This document shows, one piece after another, positions 36,339 to 51,075 of a stretch of DNA of 64,000 bases. The notes under the pieces are model-generated. The model saw only the letters and a program-made list of their open reading frames with translations, was not told the DNA's origin and searched no databases. This DNA is from Eledone cirrhosa. Its lineage: Eukaryota. The position numbers were made by a program, and so were the translations under genes. The stretch covers positions 23,312,001-23,376,000 of the forward strand of contig OZ024764.1 in assembly GCA_964016885.1 (NCBI GenBank), in the 5' to 3' direction. The number at the start of each line of letters is the position of its first letter. Position 1 is the stretch's first letter.

Positions 36339-37895
36339 ATTATGTCTATTAATATTGTAGATTTAAGCTCACTTTTCACATCACAAATATATATTTTCTT
36401 TGTTTCATTACTGGAAATATAAAATGTTATCGTAATTATCTATATTTTACCTACCTCTAATTAATTAAAGTGAAAACTTTTGTTGTTGCTGAAAAATAAA
36501 TTAACAAAACTAAATATTTAAATATTCTAAAGGTCGTTTTTATATTATGTGATGATATAATTAATATATTTTATTACAATTGTATAAATTTACAGTAGAA
36601 TAACGTTCTAAATATGTTTTAAATATATACATAAATAACATAAGTGTGTAAATAACATTATAAATTGCTGGCAATTCCTTGAGAAAGACATTACAAATAT
36701 ATTGTCTAAACTGTGTATAATAATATAATTTATTGAACAATAATGATAAAGGAAAGAAAAACACAGTGGGAGATGGCAATTCACCACCAAGTGTGATAAT
36801 AGGCCACACCTCACACCTTAGGGGTTAACTACACACTTTGAGGCAAGCCAACACACTGGCAGCATTACTAAGGTGTTGAAATAACCAGGTACCCTCACGG
36901 GTATCACCTGACACCTCAGTAAGGTGAGGCTAAGGTGCTGAAATAACCAGGTACCCTCACGGGTATCACCTGACACCTCGGTAAGGTGAGGCTAAGGGGC
37001 TGAAATAACCAGGTACCCTCTCGGGTATCACCTGACACCTCGGTAAGGTGAGTCTAAGGGGCTGAAATAACCAGGTACCCTCACAGGTATCACCTGACAC
37101 CTCAGTAAGGTGAGGCTACGGTGCTGAAATAACCAGGTACCCTCACGGAAACGACTAGATTTGTAGAAAAAGTAGGGTGAAAGTATACAAAGAGATGTAG
37201 TTTCACAGATCTACTCACACCTCACGTTGGGTGAGAAATAATTATTTTTCTTAGAATTCTTGCTATACCCCTTTTCCAGTTTTTTTTCTCTGGACCCCTT
37301 AGATACTTGCGATAGATGTTTTATTCCCCAGTATTAGGGTTAGGGTTTCCGTTTTCAGGAAGAAAAGTCGAGAAATAAAATTAAGGAAAGATAATTATTT
37401 CCCAGCCAACTGGAGAAGTGTGTAGCTCTTCTAAACTCTGATAATCCTGTCTCCCACTTCTTTATCTACAAATCTAGTCGTTTCCTGCTACTTTGAAGGC
37501 CCTATTTATTGATAACACCACTTGTAAATCTTTGTCAACTTTTCATACGTAAATTGTGAATCAGTTATTTTTAAACAAACTATCAAAGAAGTGATCTCAC
37601 AGTAACTGTGTTTGATTTAATCAACTTATTACCCCCCCAAAAAAAAACATTGTCGACCTTGTGTCTAAATCAGAAACTATTATTAGATCTTAAATCAACC
37701 TCGTAAAGATGAAGGGCAAAGCTAACCTCGGCGGGATTTCAACCCTTTATGTTATGAGTTCAAATCCCACCAAAGTTAACTTTGTCTTTCATTCTAACGG
37801 AGTGGATAAATTAAAATTCCAGTAATCTACTGGGGTCTGAGATATTAAGGTTTGAGTAGATTCTATCTTTTTGTGTGTTTGTATTTATAATCTTA

Positions 37896-38004
37896 CTAGA
37901 ACACCTATGACCTGTTGGGTCACGTTCCCTTTAAAAATAATATTTAAATAATTAAAATATACACAGACATGTATGTAATGTAAAATGAAATTAGTAGGCC
38001 CATG

Positions 38005-38076
<72 letters not shown>

Positions 38077-38098
38077 TGTGTGTGTGTATATTTATATA

Positions 38099-38145
<47 letters not shown>

Positions 38146-38412
38146 GTCACTTGTTCTAATTTTATAACTTTGTTCAACAGCACCACCAGCTATCTCTCTC
38201 ACACACACCCATTATCTTTCTCTCTCTATTTATAAAGGTACCAGAAAAACCCCATATCTCGGGAACCTGTGCATTGATTTACGTGAAACTTATTTTATCC
38301 CATTTGTATTCCCATTTCAGGGTCAACATCCTTTCAAACTATTTTCCCATTATGCCCCGTTTTGGCTGTATTACATTACAGACAAGACACAATCACAGAG
38401 TTTTAGGTTTAT
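37896..38412 (-). mobile_element. Non-autonomous Helitron, antisense, with long internal (TA)n/(TG)n
   Basis: actag...gacctgttgggtcacgttccctt and agacaagacacaatcacagagtttta are reverse complements of the two ends of 17338-17749. Confidence 0.75.
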
Positions 38413-38924
38413 AATGTTATAGTATCATGATAGGGTAATACAGTTATTTATAGACCTGTGGTAAATGTTGGTTCAGTCCACCCTGAGGGGTGTAAGTGTT
38501 TTATCAGTCTACCCTGAGGGGTGTCAGTGTTGGTCATTGATAACCTTTATAACTAGAGGCCTGTTGGTGAGGACAAGCTGGATGTGGTGACATCTTTCTG
38601 CTACCTGTGTGACATGTCAGCTGGAAGTGGAGCCAAGTTCACTGCCATCGTGCTGTGCCACTCCACAGGTAACAAGTTTAGGCAGCTTCTCGTAATCCTC
38701 AAGACATGCTGGCTACCATTAGACACCATGGGGCAGGTTTATAACACCTGTGGGAGAAGTGTGTTGTTTCATGCCAGCGAGACCTGGGCCATGTTATCTG
38801 ACTGTCTGAATTGACTCCGAAGAAATGACAGAGCTATGATCCACTGGATGTGTAATGTGACCATTGAGGATGATGTCAGCTCAACTGAGCTCCTAAAAAA
38901 ACTGCTGATCGACAACCTCAAGGA

Positions 38925-40800
38925 TGTGTTTCACAGGAGACACATGCACTGGTATGGCCTTGTTGTGCATTCTCTCTCAACTCATCTATGCTTGGTTGTT
39001 GATGCACATTGACATTGCACATCCAACGGAGCATACTTGCTTCATTTCTCTCCAGCCATCGCATATCCTCCACAGTTGCTGTCCATGTCTCACTACCTTG
39101 CAGCATCACACATCTCACGCAGGCATCACCAGCCATTCGTTCTTAGAGAGAAACCCTTCTTTGTCAACATAGGAAGCAGCTCCCTAAACGTCTTCCAACC
39201 TGTCCTTATTCTAGATACTATGGCCTCTGAGCACCCTCCTCTCTTGTTAATCTGATCACCTAGGTACCGGAAGCTATCAACCACTTCTATAGAACCTACC
39301 TGCATTTGAAAAATGTGTCTATCACTGCGACTTCTACTGTCAAATTTCCCTGTACATCTACTGCATATGTATTTTTCCCTACCTGTCAGTTTGCCTGCTA
39401 TCCCACTACATTTCTTGTGTACCCAAAATCTGCATTGTGTACATTATAGAATTTATGCCAGTTCCTTTTCTACATATTGAACAAGGCCATTTCCCTGATG
39501 GAATGACAGTTTTGTCCTCACTAAACTCCAGTTTTGTTCCTCACTAAACTCCATGCCTACCCTCACTTTACTGACAGCCCCTCTATACATAGCTTGCACT
39601 GTTCTCACAAACTATTCCTCTACACCTAGTTTCCTTAGGGACCACCAGATGACAGATTGGGGTACTCTATCAAAGGCCTTCTCTAGGTCAACAAAAACTA
39701 AGTATAGTGGTTTTCTTCTCTAAGAACCTCTCTTGTAGTTGTCTCACTAAGAAGAGGGCATCTGTTTGACTCTTTCTCTAAGTTGCGCTAGTATTCTTTC
39801 TGTCACTTTCATAACCTGATCCATCAGTTTTATACCCCTATAATTACTCCCCTCCAGAACATCCCCTTTACCTTTACCTCAATTTATGAGAATACTGCTG
39901 CACCAGTCTTTGGGTATGACACCACCATATATAGCTTGATTAATGATGCATGCAACCAGTTTAATTCCTACTTCTCTTGATGCCTTCAGCATCTCAGCAA
40001 CTATCCCCAACAGTCCAGCGGACTTACCATTTTTCATTTCCTTAATTGGACCCTATAGTCATCAATCTCAATAGCTGGTCCTTCTGTCAGGTCTACTGAA
40101 TGTAGCTCCCCTCCTATTCATTCTCCACATTCATCAGTCTCTCATAATGACATTTCCAGGCCTCCTTTTTTTTGAGAATCAGTGACACTAAGTGCACCAA
40201 CATCCTGATTTACACTGACACACTGCCTTGCAATGTGGATCACCGCACATCTCTGATCTCCCCATCGCAGGACATTGGCAAACCTTCTAATCTCAGCCTC
40301 CCTGCATGTTAAGTAAACCTGACATCTAGCTTCTCTCTTAGCGGCTGTGAATCGGTCTCTAACCCTACCATTTTTCCAAGCCTTTTGTCTCTAATGGCTC
40401 TATCTACCGTGCTGTTCCACCACCAGGTCACCCTCTGTCTGGTTGGAACTCTGCTCCAGCCACAAGTTTCTTCAGTAACCTGCAGTAAGTTGTCACGTAA
40501 GAAATTCCAGTTATCGTCCATGTCATAGGACTCTAAATCGTCTTCTTTTTCGTCATACACATCTTGAAGGGCTTTCCTAAATTTATATTTTAATGAAAGG
40601 TCTTTTAGTTTCCAGACCTTCCTTTTTCAAACCTTCTTGTATGTCTCTCTTTGTCTCTTGCTTACTGAGATGTCACTAACGACTAACCTATGTTGGTGGG
40701 GTACATTGTTCCCTGGGGTATGCCTTAGTATTTGACACCATCTGTCTCTCTTGCTACTTAACTAGCAAGAAGTCAATCTGTCTCATGTGCTCACCTGCTA
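38925..40800 (-). mobile_element. Degenerate antisense RTE LINE (intron of copy C)
   Basis: Paralog of 25376-27385 with a private deletion near 39520-39540. Confidence 0.9.
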
Positions 40801-41816
40801 TTATAACTAGGTCTCTGTCCTCTGTCATTGTGGTTATCTCTACTTATTCCTTTTCTACATATGGAGCAGGGCTACTTTCCTGAAGGGGTCAGGGTCTTCT
40901 CTCCTATCCATTAGCACTTTAGTTTTGGCTAAGTATATTCTCAGAACTTACCATTTCAAATTCTATATCTATAGCTGGTCATCTACATAGAGAAGTTTCC
41001 ATAGACAGCCAGTCTTAAACCTCTCTGTTATGGCTTAGAGAACTATGATGAACAACAGTGGGCTAAGAACTAAACCATGATGAACTCCTACCTGTCCCTT
41101 CAATTCATCACTAGACACACTTTACTGACAGTTTCTCACAAGCCATTCTTCTACACCTAATTTCCTTAACCCTTTAGTATATAAACTGGCCATATCTGGC
41201 CAGAATTGTCCCACATCTTTCTGTTCAAACTGGCCGTAACTGGTCACTTATACTTATGTTAAGGTTTTGTTCTCAAAATAATTAACATCAAAATCTCATA
41301 GATTTGATATTATGAGAGATAAAGTATTTACTGTGAAAATATAATAGTAAATATAGAGTAATGTGAATACTAAAGGGTTAATCTGATGTCACTAATAACT
41401 ACTTTTATCAGTCAGTTTAATCTAATGTCACTAATAACTACTTTTATCAGTTAGTCTAATCTAATGTCACTAATAACTAACCTATGTTAGGCAGCACATT
41501 CTTCACCAAGGAAGGCCTTAGTATTTATTACAGTCCATTTATCAATATAGAAATATTATATGAAATTTGTACTGATGTATTACAAGTTTCTGAGTATCTT
41601 ATAATGTTCTTTTATTATTTCAGAATACCAGAGGACATTGGCATTAAAGAGCACGTTACATCAGACATATCCTCAATATTAACCATTTCTAATGAAAGAC
41701 ACTAACCATCATTTTCAAATAATTTTGAAAACACTCAACACTTTGAAGTGATTTAGTAATATAACTAAATTTCTCAGTATTAAGCTGTGAATTATGTGAG
41801 AAACTGAGGTGATTGA

Positions 41817-42530
<714 letters not shown>

Positions 42531-42846
42531 CTGTATCAATATCAAACTCATTACATCATACTACAACGACACCAAATATGTAGATCCATCATCCTTGCTT
42601 AAACTGGGGTTAACCTTGTAGGTTTTACCTATGACAGGGATCATAAACACCAGGTTTCCATTTTTGAAGTAGTGTTTGAAGATTTTGTGTAAATTGAAGT
42701 TTTTCACATTAAACTTTCATTTATTATACTTTAACAGGTAAGATATATATTTGTATTTTTAGTAAAGGTTGGGAACTTCTGTAATTTAAACCTGCCAATA
42801 AAATGAAAACTTTTGTTGTTGCTAGTCAGACATTGATATTAATTCT

Positions 42847-43025
42847 TGTTTCTACTTTAGGCACAAGGCCAGCAATTATCCAGTGCATTACTGGTACTTT
42901 ATTTTATCGACCCCGTAAGGATGAAAGGCAAAGTCAACCTCGGCGGGATTTGAACTCAGATCGTAAAGGGACGTAACTATGCTTGAAAGCATGTCTTCCG
43001 ACCCTCTACCGATACTGCCAATCCA
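42847..43025 (-). mobile_element. SINE insertion private to copy C
   Basis: Interrupts aattctattgtcctg seen in the other four copies. Contains ttatcgaccccgtaaggatgaaaggcaaagtcaacctcggcgggatttgaactc (B box on minus strand). Confidence 0.8.
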
Positions 43026-44786
43026 TGTCCTGTACATTGTCTCAAATATCACAGATTAAACAGATTTTAACAATAACAACAGAAATCAATAACTTGTAAG
43101 CCTAATATCTAGCTTCCATTTTAACTATTTGATATTGTTGTTCCTCTCCTGTCTCTTCATGTCTTTTAGATTTCAACTTCTATCTACTGTACTATTCCAT
43201 CACCAAGGCAACATTCATCTGGCTGGCAGCTTACATCAACTACAGATCTCATCAGTGGTTCACAACAGGCTGTCTGAAAGAAACTTGCAGATATCTTCTA
43301 TGTCATAGCTATCAATCTCCTCCTCCTTATCATATGTATCATGTAGAACATCTCTGAATTTATATTTAGCAGGGAGATCTTTTACTGTCCCTACCCTTTT
43401 CTCTAGGTTGTCTTGTACCTCTCTCACAGTCCCTCTAGATCTTATATTTAACAGGGAAATCTTTTACTGTCTCTACCATTTTCTCTAGGTTGTCTTGTAC
43501 CTCTCTCACAGTCCCTCTAGATCTTATATTTAACAGGGAGATATTTTACTATCCCTACTCTTTTCTCTAGGTTGTCTTGTACCTCTCTCATAGTCCCTCT
43601 AAATCTTATATTTAACAGGGAGATGTTTTACTGTCCCTACCTCTTTCTTTGGGTTGTCTTGTACCACCCTCACAGTCCCTCTAGATCTTATATTTAACAG
43701 GGAGATGTTTTACTCTCCAACCCTTCTCCAGATAGTCTTGTATCTGTCAGTCCCTCTAGATCTTACACCTAGTATCTAGTCTATGTTGAGTGGTACGTCC
43801 TTCTCCAGTAAAGGAGTTAATATTCCCAACCATCTGTCTATCCTGTTTTCTGATGAGAATGAAGTCAATCTAGTTTATCTCTTCACCTGATTGAAGTAAC
43901 TAGATCAAGTAACTAGATGTTTTCCTGTAAGTTAGTGTTGCAGTGTTTGTGTCACCATGTAAGGTATATATCTATTAATATAGAGATGTAGTAAAGTTTT
44001 CACTGTTGTATCTCTATTTTCTAAATATCTTAATAATGTTTCTCTACTATTTCAGAATATCACATGACCTTGACAGAAAAGAGTCTTTTAAAGACAACAG
44101 AAAGATGTTACATACAAGTGATATAAACTTGTTTAGTCTGTGGTGAATTATGGTGAAATATTTCTTTTGAATTGAGATAAATAACAACATATTCCTTTTT
44201 CACTCTCTGGAATATTTACAAGGGTATTTTACATTCTGATTAAACTTTGGATATTTACAAAGGAGTTTTCAAAATATTTGGATATTGACAAAGATCACAT
44301 TTGATAAAATTATGAACAATAAAAATATTTACATCAACATAGGAATATTTTCCAGAAGAGATGGGAAAATCATTATACCACTGTAATATTTGTGGTAAAG
44401 TATTCTCTCTTCTTTATATGTAGAACATCTAACTAAACACTTTAACTAACAAACTATTGTGCTATAGAATTGAGAAACTTGAGGAATGTTTAATAAATGT
44501 TACAGATTTCTCCAAACTGTCGTTTACTAACTTTAATTTGAAGCTATATTATCTATATACTACTAAAACTCTTAATTGTGTCTTGTCTGTAATTTAATAC
44601 AGCTAAAACGGTGCATAATGGGGAAATACTTTGAAAGGAATAAAACAATTTTTGTATAAATTGGAGCACAGGTTCCCAAGATACAGGGTTTTCTGGGTAC
44701 CTTCATAAATATAGGCAGAGAAAGAGATAGTGGTTGTGAGAGTGAGGAGACAGATGGAAGAGAGAGAGCTGGTGGTGTTTTTTAAT

Positions 44787-44817
<31 letters not shown>

Positions 44818-45869
44818 ACGTATGTGTATATTTTAACTATTTAAAAATTATTTTAAATGACTTTTAAAAAATAGTGATAAAGGAACGTGACCCAACAGGT
44901 CCCGGGTGGTCTAGTTTGTTACTAAATACTAGATATTAGAGGGTTATGTTGTTCTAGATGTGCTGGAAGAGCCATTCCATCTCGTGAGGCTCACACCAGC
45001 AGCTAGCCACCTCAGCACCTATGGTGGTATATTTATTATATTATTTATTCTTTATCATTAACATTAATATAAAAGATAATTATATATTTTTAGAGAAGAA
45101 CCTCTAACTTCATATAGCTTAGGGCTTCAGTAGATAAAAGTCTGGCCTTGCTTGTCTTGTATTTTTTAGGGGAGAAGTTAGGGAATACTGTTATTGTGTG
45201 AAAGTTTTCTAAATCTTCTTCAGCCACTAACATGGAGAAGATATTTCAGTAAAAAGGTTCACATCCTGACATCTATAGCTGTTAACAATGAGATTGGAAT
45301 TCATCATTAAACAAATGTTATATCATCATCACTGTTTTACATCAGTTTTTCCACGCTGGCATGGGTTAGACGAGTTATCCTGTTGTAAGCAATACCAGGT
45401 CAGGTGACCACGTCTTGCTCCTACAGAACCTATTTTGGTTTGGTTTCTACAGCTGGATGACCTTCCTAGCACCAACCTTATTTACATTGATTACTGGGTG
45501 CTTTTTACTATCTCACCAACTAGACCACTTCACAGTGTGGGCTGGGTACTTTTTAACTTTTTGTCATGACACCTGCATGACCACTTTACAATGAGTACTG
45601 GGTACTTTCTGTTGTGACACCTACTTGACCACTTTACAGTGAGTACTGGGTACTTTATGTCATGACACCTACAGTACCACTTTACAGTGTGTCCTGGGTA
45701 CTTTTTGTTGTGACACCTACACGACCTCTTTACAGTGTTGGCAGTGAAATATCTAATGCACCAGCTTCAGTCATCAGAAGATCGCTGTTTTCTATATTAT
45801 AATTTTATAATATACATATACACACACAAACACAAATATATATATATATATATAAATTTTTTTATTTTT

Positions 45870-48800
45870 TATATGACCATGCTGCAAAATGGAGGCGCAG
45901 AGAAGGCCCTTGCGTCTAGTAAGACATCCTCTCTAGTGCTGGTGGCACAAATAAAAGCACCCAGTCCATGCTGTAAAGTGGCGCTGGTGTTAGGAAGGGC
46001 ATCCAACCAGTGTATCAATGCCAAAACGCTTATCAGCACAGCAACAAATAGGAACAACAAAAAAATATGAAGACGTCGCATCTCAGAGTTGCAACACTTA
46101 ATGTTGGCACTCTCACAGGTAGATCTGCTGAAATAGCGGAGATGCTGGAGAGAAGGCATGGAGATGTGTGCTGCGTGCAAGAGGTGAGATGGAGAGGTGC
46201 CTCTGCGAGACTAGTCGTAGGCAAACATCTTAGCTATAAGCTTTTCTGGGTAGGTAAGGATGATCGGTTAGGGGAGTAGGCATTTTCCTGGCTGAGAGAT
46301 GGATCAATAAGACAATAGAGGTAGTTCGAGTTAGTAATAGAATAAGCTTAGATTAGTTGTAGGCAAGAGACGACTGACAATCATCTCTGCCTATGCTCCC
46401 CAGGCAGGCCTAGGCAAAGATGAGAAAGACTGCTTTTATGAGCAACTTTTACAAACAGCCGCAATGACAGAGGACGGAGACATCGTTATGCTAGTAGGGG
46501 ACTTCAATGGTCATGTTGGACAGCTCCAGGATGGATACACTGGGGTACATGGTGAGCACAGTTACGGGTCAAGAAATGAAGAAGGAGTGAGACTTCTTGA
46601 ATTTTGTGATGTAGGTCCATTGACTATTTACAACACAAACTTCCAGAAACCTGTCAATCACCTAATAACCTACAAATCTGGCAAGCACATAAGCCAGATT
46701 GACTTCTTACTAGTTAGGCAGCGGGACAGGCAGATAGTGTCTAATACCAAGGCATACCCTGGGGAAGAATGTACCCCACAGCATAGGTTAGTTGTTAGTG
46801 ATATCTCAGTAAGCAAGAGATGGAATGAGACATACAGGAAGGTGTGGAGAAGAAAGGTCTGGAAGCTAAAAGACCTTTCACTAAAATACAAATTTAGGAA
46901 AGCCCTTCAAGATGTATATGACGAAAAAGAAGACGATTTAGAGACGTATGACATAGATAACAACTGGAATTTCTTACGTGACAACTTTCTGCAGGCTACT
47001 GATGAAACTTGTGGCTGGAGCAGAGCTCCAACCAGACAGAGAGTGACCTGGTGGTGGAACAGCACAGTAGATAAGGCCATTAGAGACAAAAGACTAGCAT
47101 GGAAGGCTTGGAAAAAGGGTGGGAGTAGGGAAGAATATACAGCCGCTAAGAGAGAAGCTAGATGTCAGGTGTACTTAGCACACAGGGAGGTTGAGAGTAG
47201 GAGGTTTGCCAATGTTCTGCGACGGGAAGATCAGGGTCAATGCAAATCAGGATGTTGTTGGAGATAAATGTGTCTGGAATGATGCCGGTGTACTTAGTGT
47301 CACGAATGATCAGAAAAAGGAGGCCTGGAAATGTCATTATGAGAGACTGATGAATGTGGAGAACGAATGGGGGAGAGAGAAATTACCCTTAGTAGATCCG
47401 AGAGAGGGACCAGCTATTGAGATTGACGAATATAGGGTCCAAGAGGCAATTAAGGAAATGGAAAATGGTAAGGCTGCTGGACCATCGGGAATAGTTGCTG
47501 AGATGCTGAAGGCATCAGGAGACGTAGGCACTAAACTGGTTGCACGCATCATCAATCAGGCTATATATGGTGGTGTCATACCCAAAGACTGGTGCAGCAG
47601 TATTCTCATAAATTGCTACAAAGGTAAAGGGGATGCTCTGGAGAGGAGCAATTATAGGGGTATGAAAGTGGCAGAAAGGATATTAGCACAACTAATTAGA
47701 GAACGGGTCAAACTAGATGAGATGCAGTTTGGTTTTGTGCCTGGGAAGAGTACAACAGATGCCCTCTTCTTGGTGAAACAATTGCAAGAGAGGTTCTTAG
47801 AGAAAAATAAGCCACTCTACTTAGCCTTTGTTGACCTAGAGAAGGCCTTTGATAGGGTACCCCGATCTGTCATCTGGTGGTCCCTAAGGAAACTAGGTGT
47901 TGAGGAATGGCTTGTGAGGACAGTGCAAAGTTTGTACAGAGGTACTCTCAGTAAAGTTAGGGTAGGAATGGAGTTTAGTGAGGAATTCCAGATACAAGTA
48001 GGAGTACATCAAGGTTCGGTCCTCAGTCCACTCTTGTTCATTATAGTCCTCCAAGTCATAACAGAGGAGTTTAAGACTGGCTGTCCATGGGAACTTCTCT
48101 ATGCTGACGATCTGGTTCTTATAGCAGAATCAGTAGAGGAGCTAGAGAATAAATTCTGGCTATGGAAACAGCAGTTGGAATCAAGAGGACTGAGAGTGAA
48201 CCTAGCTAAGACAAAAGTGTTGATGAGTAGAAAAGAGGACAAAACCCTGATTCCGTCAGGGAAATGGCCATGTTCGATATGCAGAAAAGGAACTGGCATA
48301 AATTCTATAAAATGCACACAATGCAGATCCTGGGTACAAGAGATGTAGCGGGATAGCAGGCAAACTAACAGGTAGGGAGAAATATGTATGCAGTAGATGT
48401 ACAAGGAAATTAGACAGTAGAAGTCGCATTGATAGCCACTGTTTTCAAATGCAGGAAGGTGCTATAGAAGTGGTGGATAGCTTCCGGTACCTAGATCAGA
48501 TTAGCATGGGAGGAGGGTGTTTCGATGCCATAGTAACTAGAATAAGGACAGGCTGGAAGATGTTTAGGGAGCTGTTTCCTCTGCTGACGAAGAAAGGTTT
48601 CTCCCTGCGTACGAAAGGCCGGTTTTATGATGCCTGTGTGAGCACCGCAATGCTGCATGGTAGTGAGACATGGGCAGCAACTGCCGAAATGAGACATCCT
48701 TTGGATGTGCGTGAACGACCCAGCATGAATGTTGAGAGAGAAACTGTGTCTGAGAGGGATAGAATGTAGTGTACGGGGGAGAAGACTGAGGTGGTATGGA

Positions 48801-49054
48801 CATGTGATGCGCATGGAGGATGACCGATGGGTGAAGAAGTGCCAGGAAATGCCAGTTGAAGGAAGACGTGGTAGAGGTAGACCACGAAAAACATGGGCGG
48901 GGGTGGTGAGAACAGACCTCAGATCGTTGAAGCTCATGGTGGAGATGATGAAGGACCGTGATGAGTGGAGAGATGCTGTGCTGAATAAGACCCGTCCCAC
49001 CCTTGCGAGCAGGGAATAGCGGACGTAAAATGATGATGATGATGATGATGATGA
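45870..49054 (+). mobile_element. Near full-length RTE LINE (APE endonuclease + RT), frameshifted
   Basis: ATG 46067 MKTSHLRVATLNVGTL..CCVQEVRW; GDFNGHVG, QIDFLL, QHRLVV; RT FVDLEKAFDRV, GVHQGSVLSPLLF, LYADD; RRLRWYGHVMRM..GRGRPRKTW; stop 49019; (ATG)8 tail at 49030-49053. Confidence 0.95.
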
Positions 49055-49056
49055 TA

Positions 49057-51075
49057 CAGTGGTACCTTGACTTACGAGTGTCCCAACTAATCGGCTGATT
49101 TTTTGCGTTGAGTTCCAGGGTAAAATTCGGGTTGCGAGTCAGCTTCAGATGCCCCGCCACTAGTTGGTATAGCGACCGCCACAGGGAATACGATAACACC
49201 CGCCCAGCATCCCATGGCTTCGAAGAAAGTGAGGGCGAAGGACAGTTCTGAGAAGAAGAAGCAGATGATGTCTATTGAATTAAAGAAAGAAATTATAGAA
49301 AAACATGACCAAGGTGTGTGTGTAGTGGACTTGGCGAAGCAGTACGACCGTAGAACTTCTATGATATGTACCATACTGAAGTAGAAGGAGTTGATAAAGG
49401 CTATAACCCCAGCTAAGGGTGGTAAAATAATTTCTAAACAGCGGACCTCTATCCATGAAAATATGGAGAAGCAGCTCGCAAGAGATAACGTGATGAAGAT
49501 TATAATATGTGAGAAGGCACGAGCTATTTACGCTGATTTGCTGCAGCAGACCCCAGGTACTTCTACGGACGAGCCAGCCATCGGCAAGCCCTTTAATGCC
49601 AGTCGGGGTTGGTTTGAGAATTTTAAAAAGAGGACCGGCATTCACTCCGTTGTCAGGCATGGTGAGGCAGCGAGCGCGGATATGAAGGCAGCTGAGGATT
49701 ACCTCAAAACCTTTGCCGGAATTATAGCAGCCAAAGGATACATCCCTCAGCAAGTCTTTAACTGTGATGAAACAGGACTTTTTTGGAAGAAGATGCCAAG
49801 GAGGACTTATATAATGGCAGAGGAGAAGAGGATGCCTGGCCACAAACCCATGAAGGATAGGCTAACCCTCGCACTGTGTGCCACTGAGCGGCGAGTGTAA
49901 GATTAAGTTGCCGCTCGTTTATCATTCAGAAAACTCCAGAACCTTTAAGTCACATAAGATTCTGAAAGAAAAACTGCAGTTTATGTGGAGGGCAAACCCG
50001 AGGTCATGGGTCACCAGGTAGTTCTTTGTGGAGTGGGTGAATTTGGTCTTTGGTCCTGACGTTAAAAAATATCTCCATGAAAATAACCTACCCCTGTAAA
50101 CCCTTCTTGTCCTACATAATGCACCTGCTCACTCACCCACCCTCGAAGAGTTCAAGTTTATAAAGGTCCTCTACCTTCCACCAAACACCACCCCTATCCT
50201 ACAGCCCAAGGACCAGCAGGTACCTTCTAATTTCAAGAAGCTCTTCACCAAGCACCTGTTCAGTCGCTGCTTTGAAGTGACGGGGAGCACAAACTTCACC
50301 CTTGAGAGGTCTGGAAGGACCATTATAACATCGTGATATGCCTCAGAATTATCGATATGACATGGCAGGGTCTTACAAAGAGGACCTTGACCTCTACATG
50401 GAAGAAGCTGTGGCCTGAAGTTGTGTCTAAAACAGACTTTGAAAGACTCGAACCCGAAGCGGCAGTGGTGGAGGAGATTGTACCCCTCGGTAAGTCCATG
50501 GGCCTGGACATGGATGAAGGTGACATCAACGAGCTCATCGAGGAGCACCCCGAGGAAATGACAACGAAGGAATTAAAGGAGCTACAGACACAGCAACACA
50601 CGGAGTTTTTGCAGGAAATAGGTGACACAGAGGAGGTTATCTCAACAAGTGAGATGAAACAAACCTTATTAGACAGGTTTTTATTGAAAATCCCTGCAGA
50701 TAAAAGTGAGGAAAGCGTGGCGAAAAGAGCAAAAATCAGCGAATAAGATTCAGTTATTCAGTTCATCCTTTCTCCTCCGTCAACATCCTCAAGTCTTCTG
50801 ATCTCCAAGATAGATGCTGTACATTATACTTAATAAAACTAGTTTGTTGTAGTACATTCTATTGTATTGTTTTTTGTATACAATATTTGTCATTTATAAG
50901 TACATTTTTCTTATTTAAAAACACGTAACAAAACAAACTGTGGTTTTTTGGGGGTCTGGAACGGATTAACGGCATTTTATTTTATTTCAGTGGGGAAAAT
51001 TGATTTGACATACGAGTAATTTAAGTTACGAGGTCCTCCACGGAACAAATTAAACTGTAAGTCAAGGTACCACAG
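49057..51075 (+). mobile_element. Tigger/pogo transposon, paralog of 2978-5400
   Basis: TA|CAGTGGTACCTTGACTTAC...GTAAGTCAAGGTACCACAG; FNASRGWFENFKKR and QVFNCDETGLFWKKMP. Confidence 0.93.

Noticed and set aside
37944-38235. YIYIYI ORFs
   Set aside because: Translations of (TA)n/(TG)n microsatellite.
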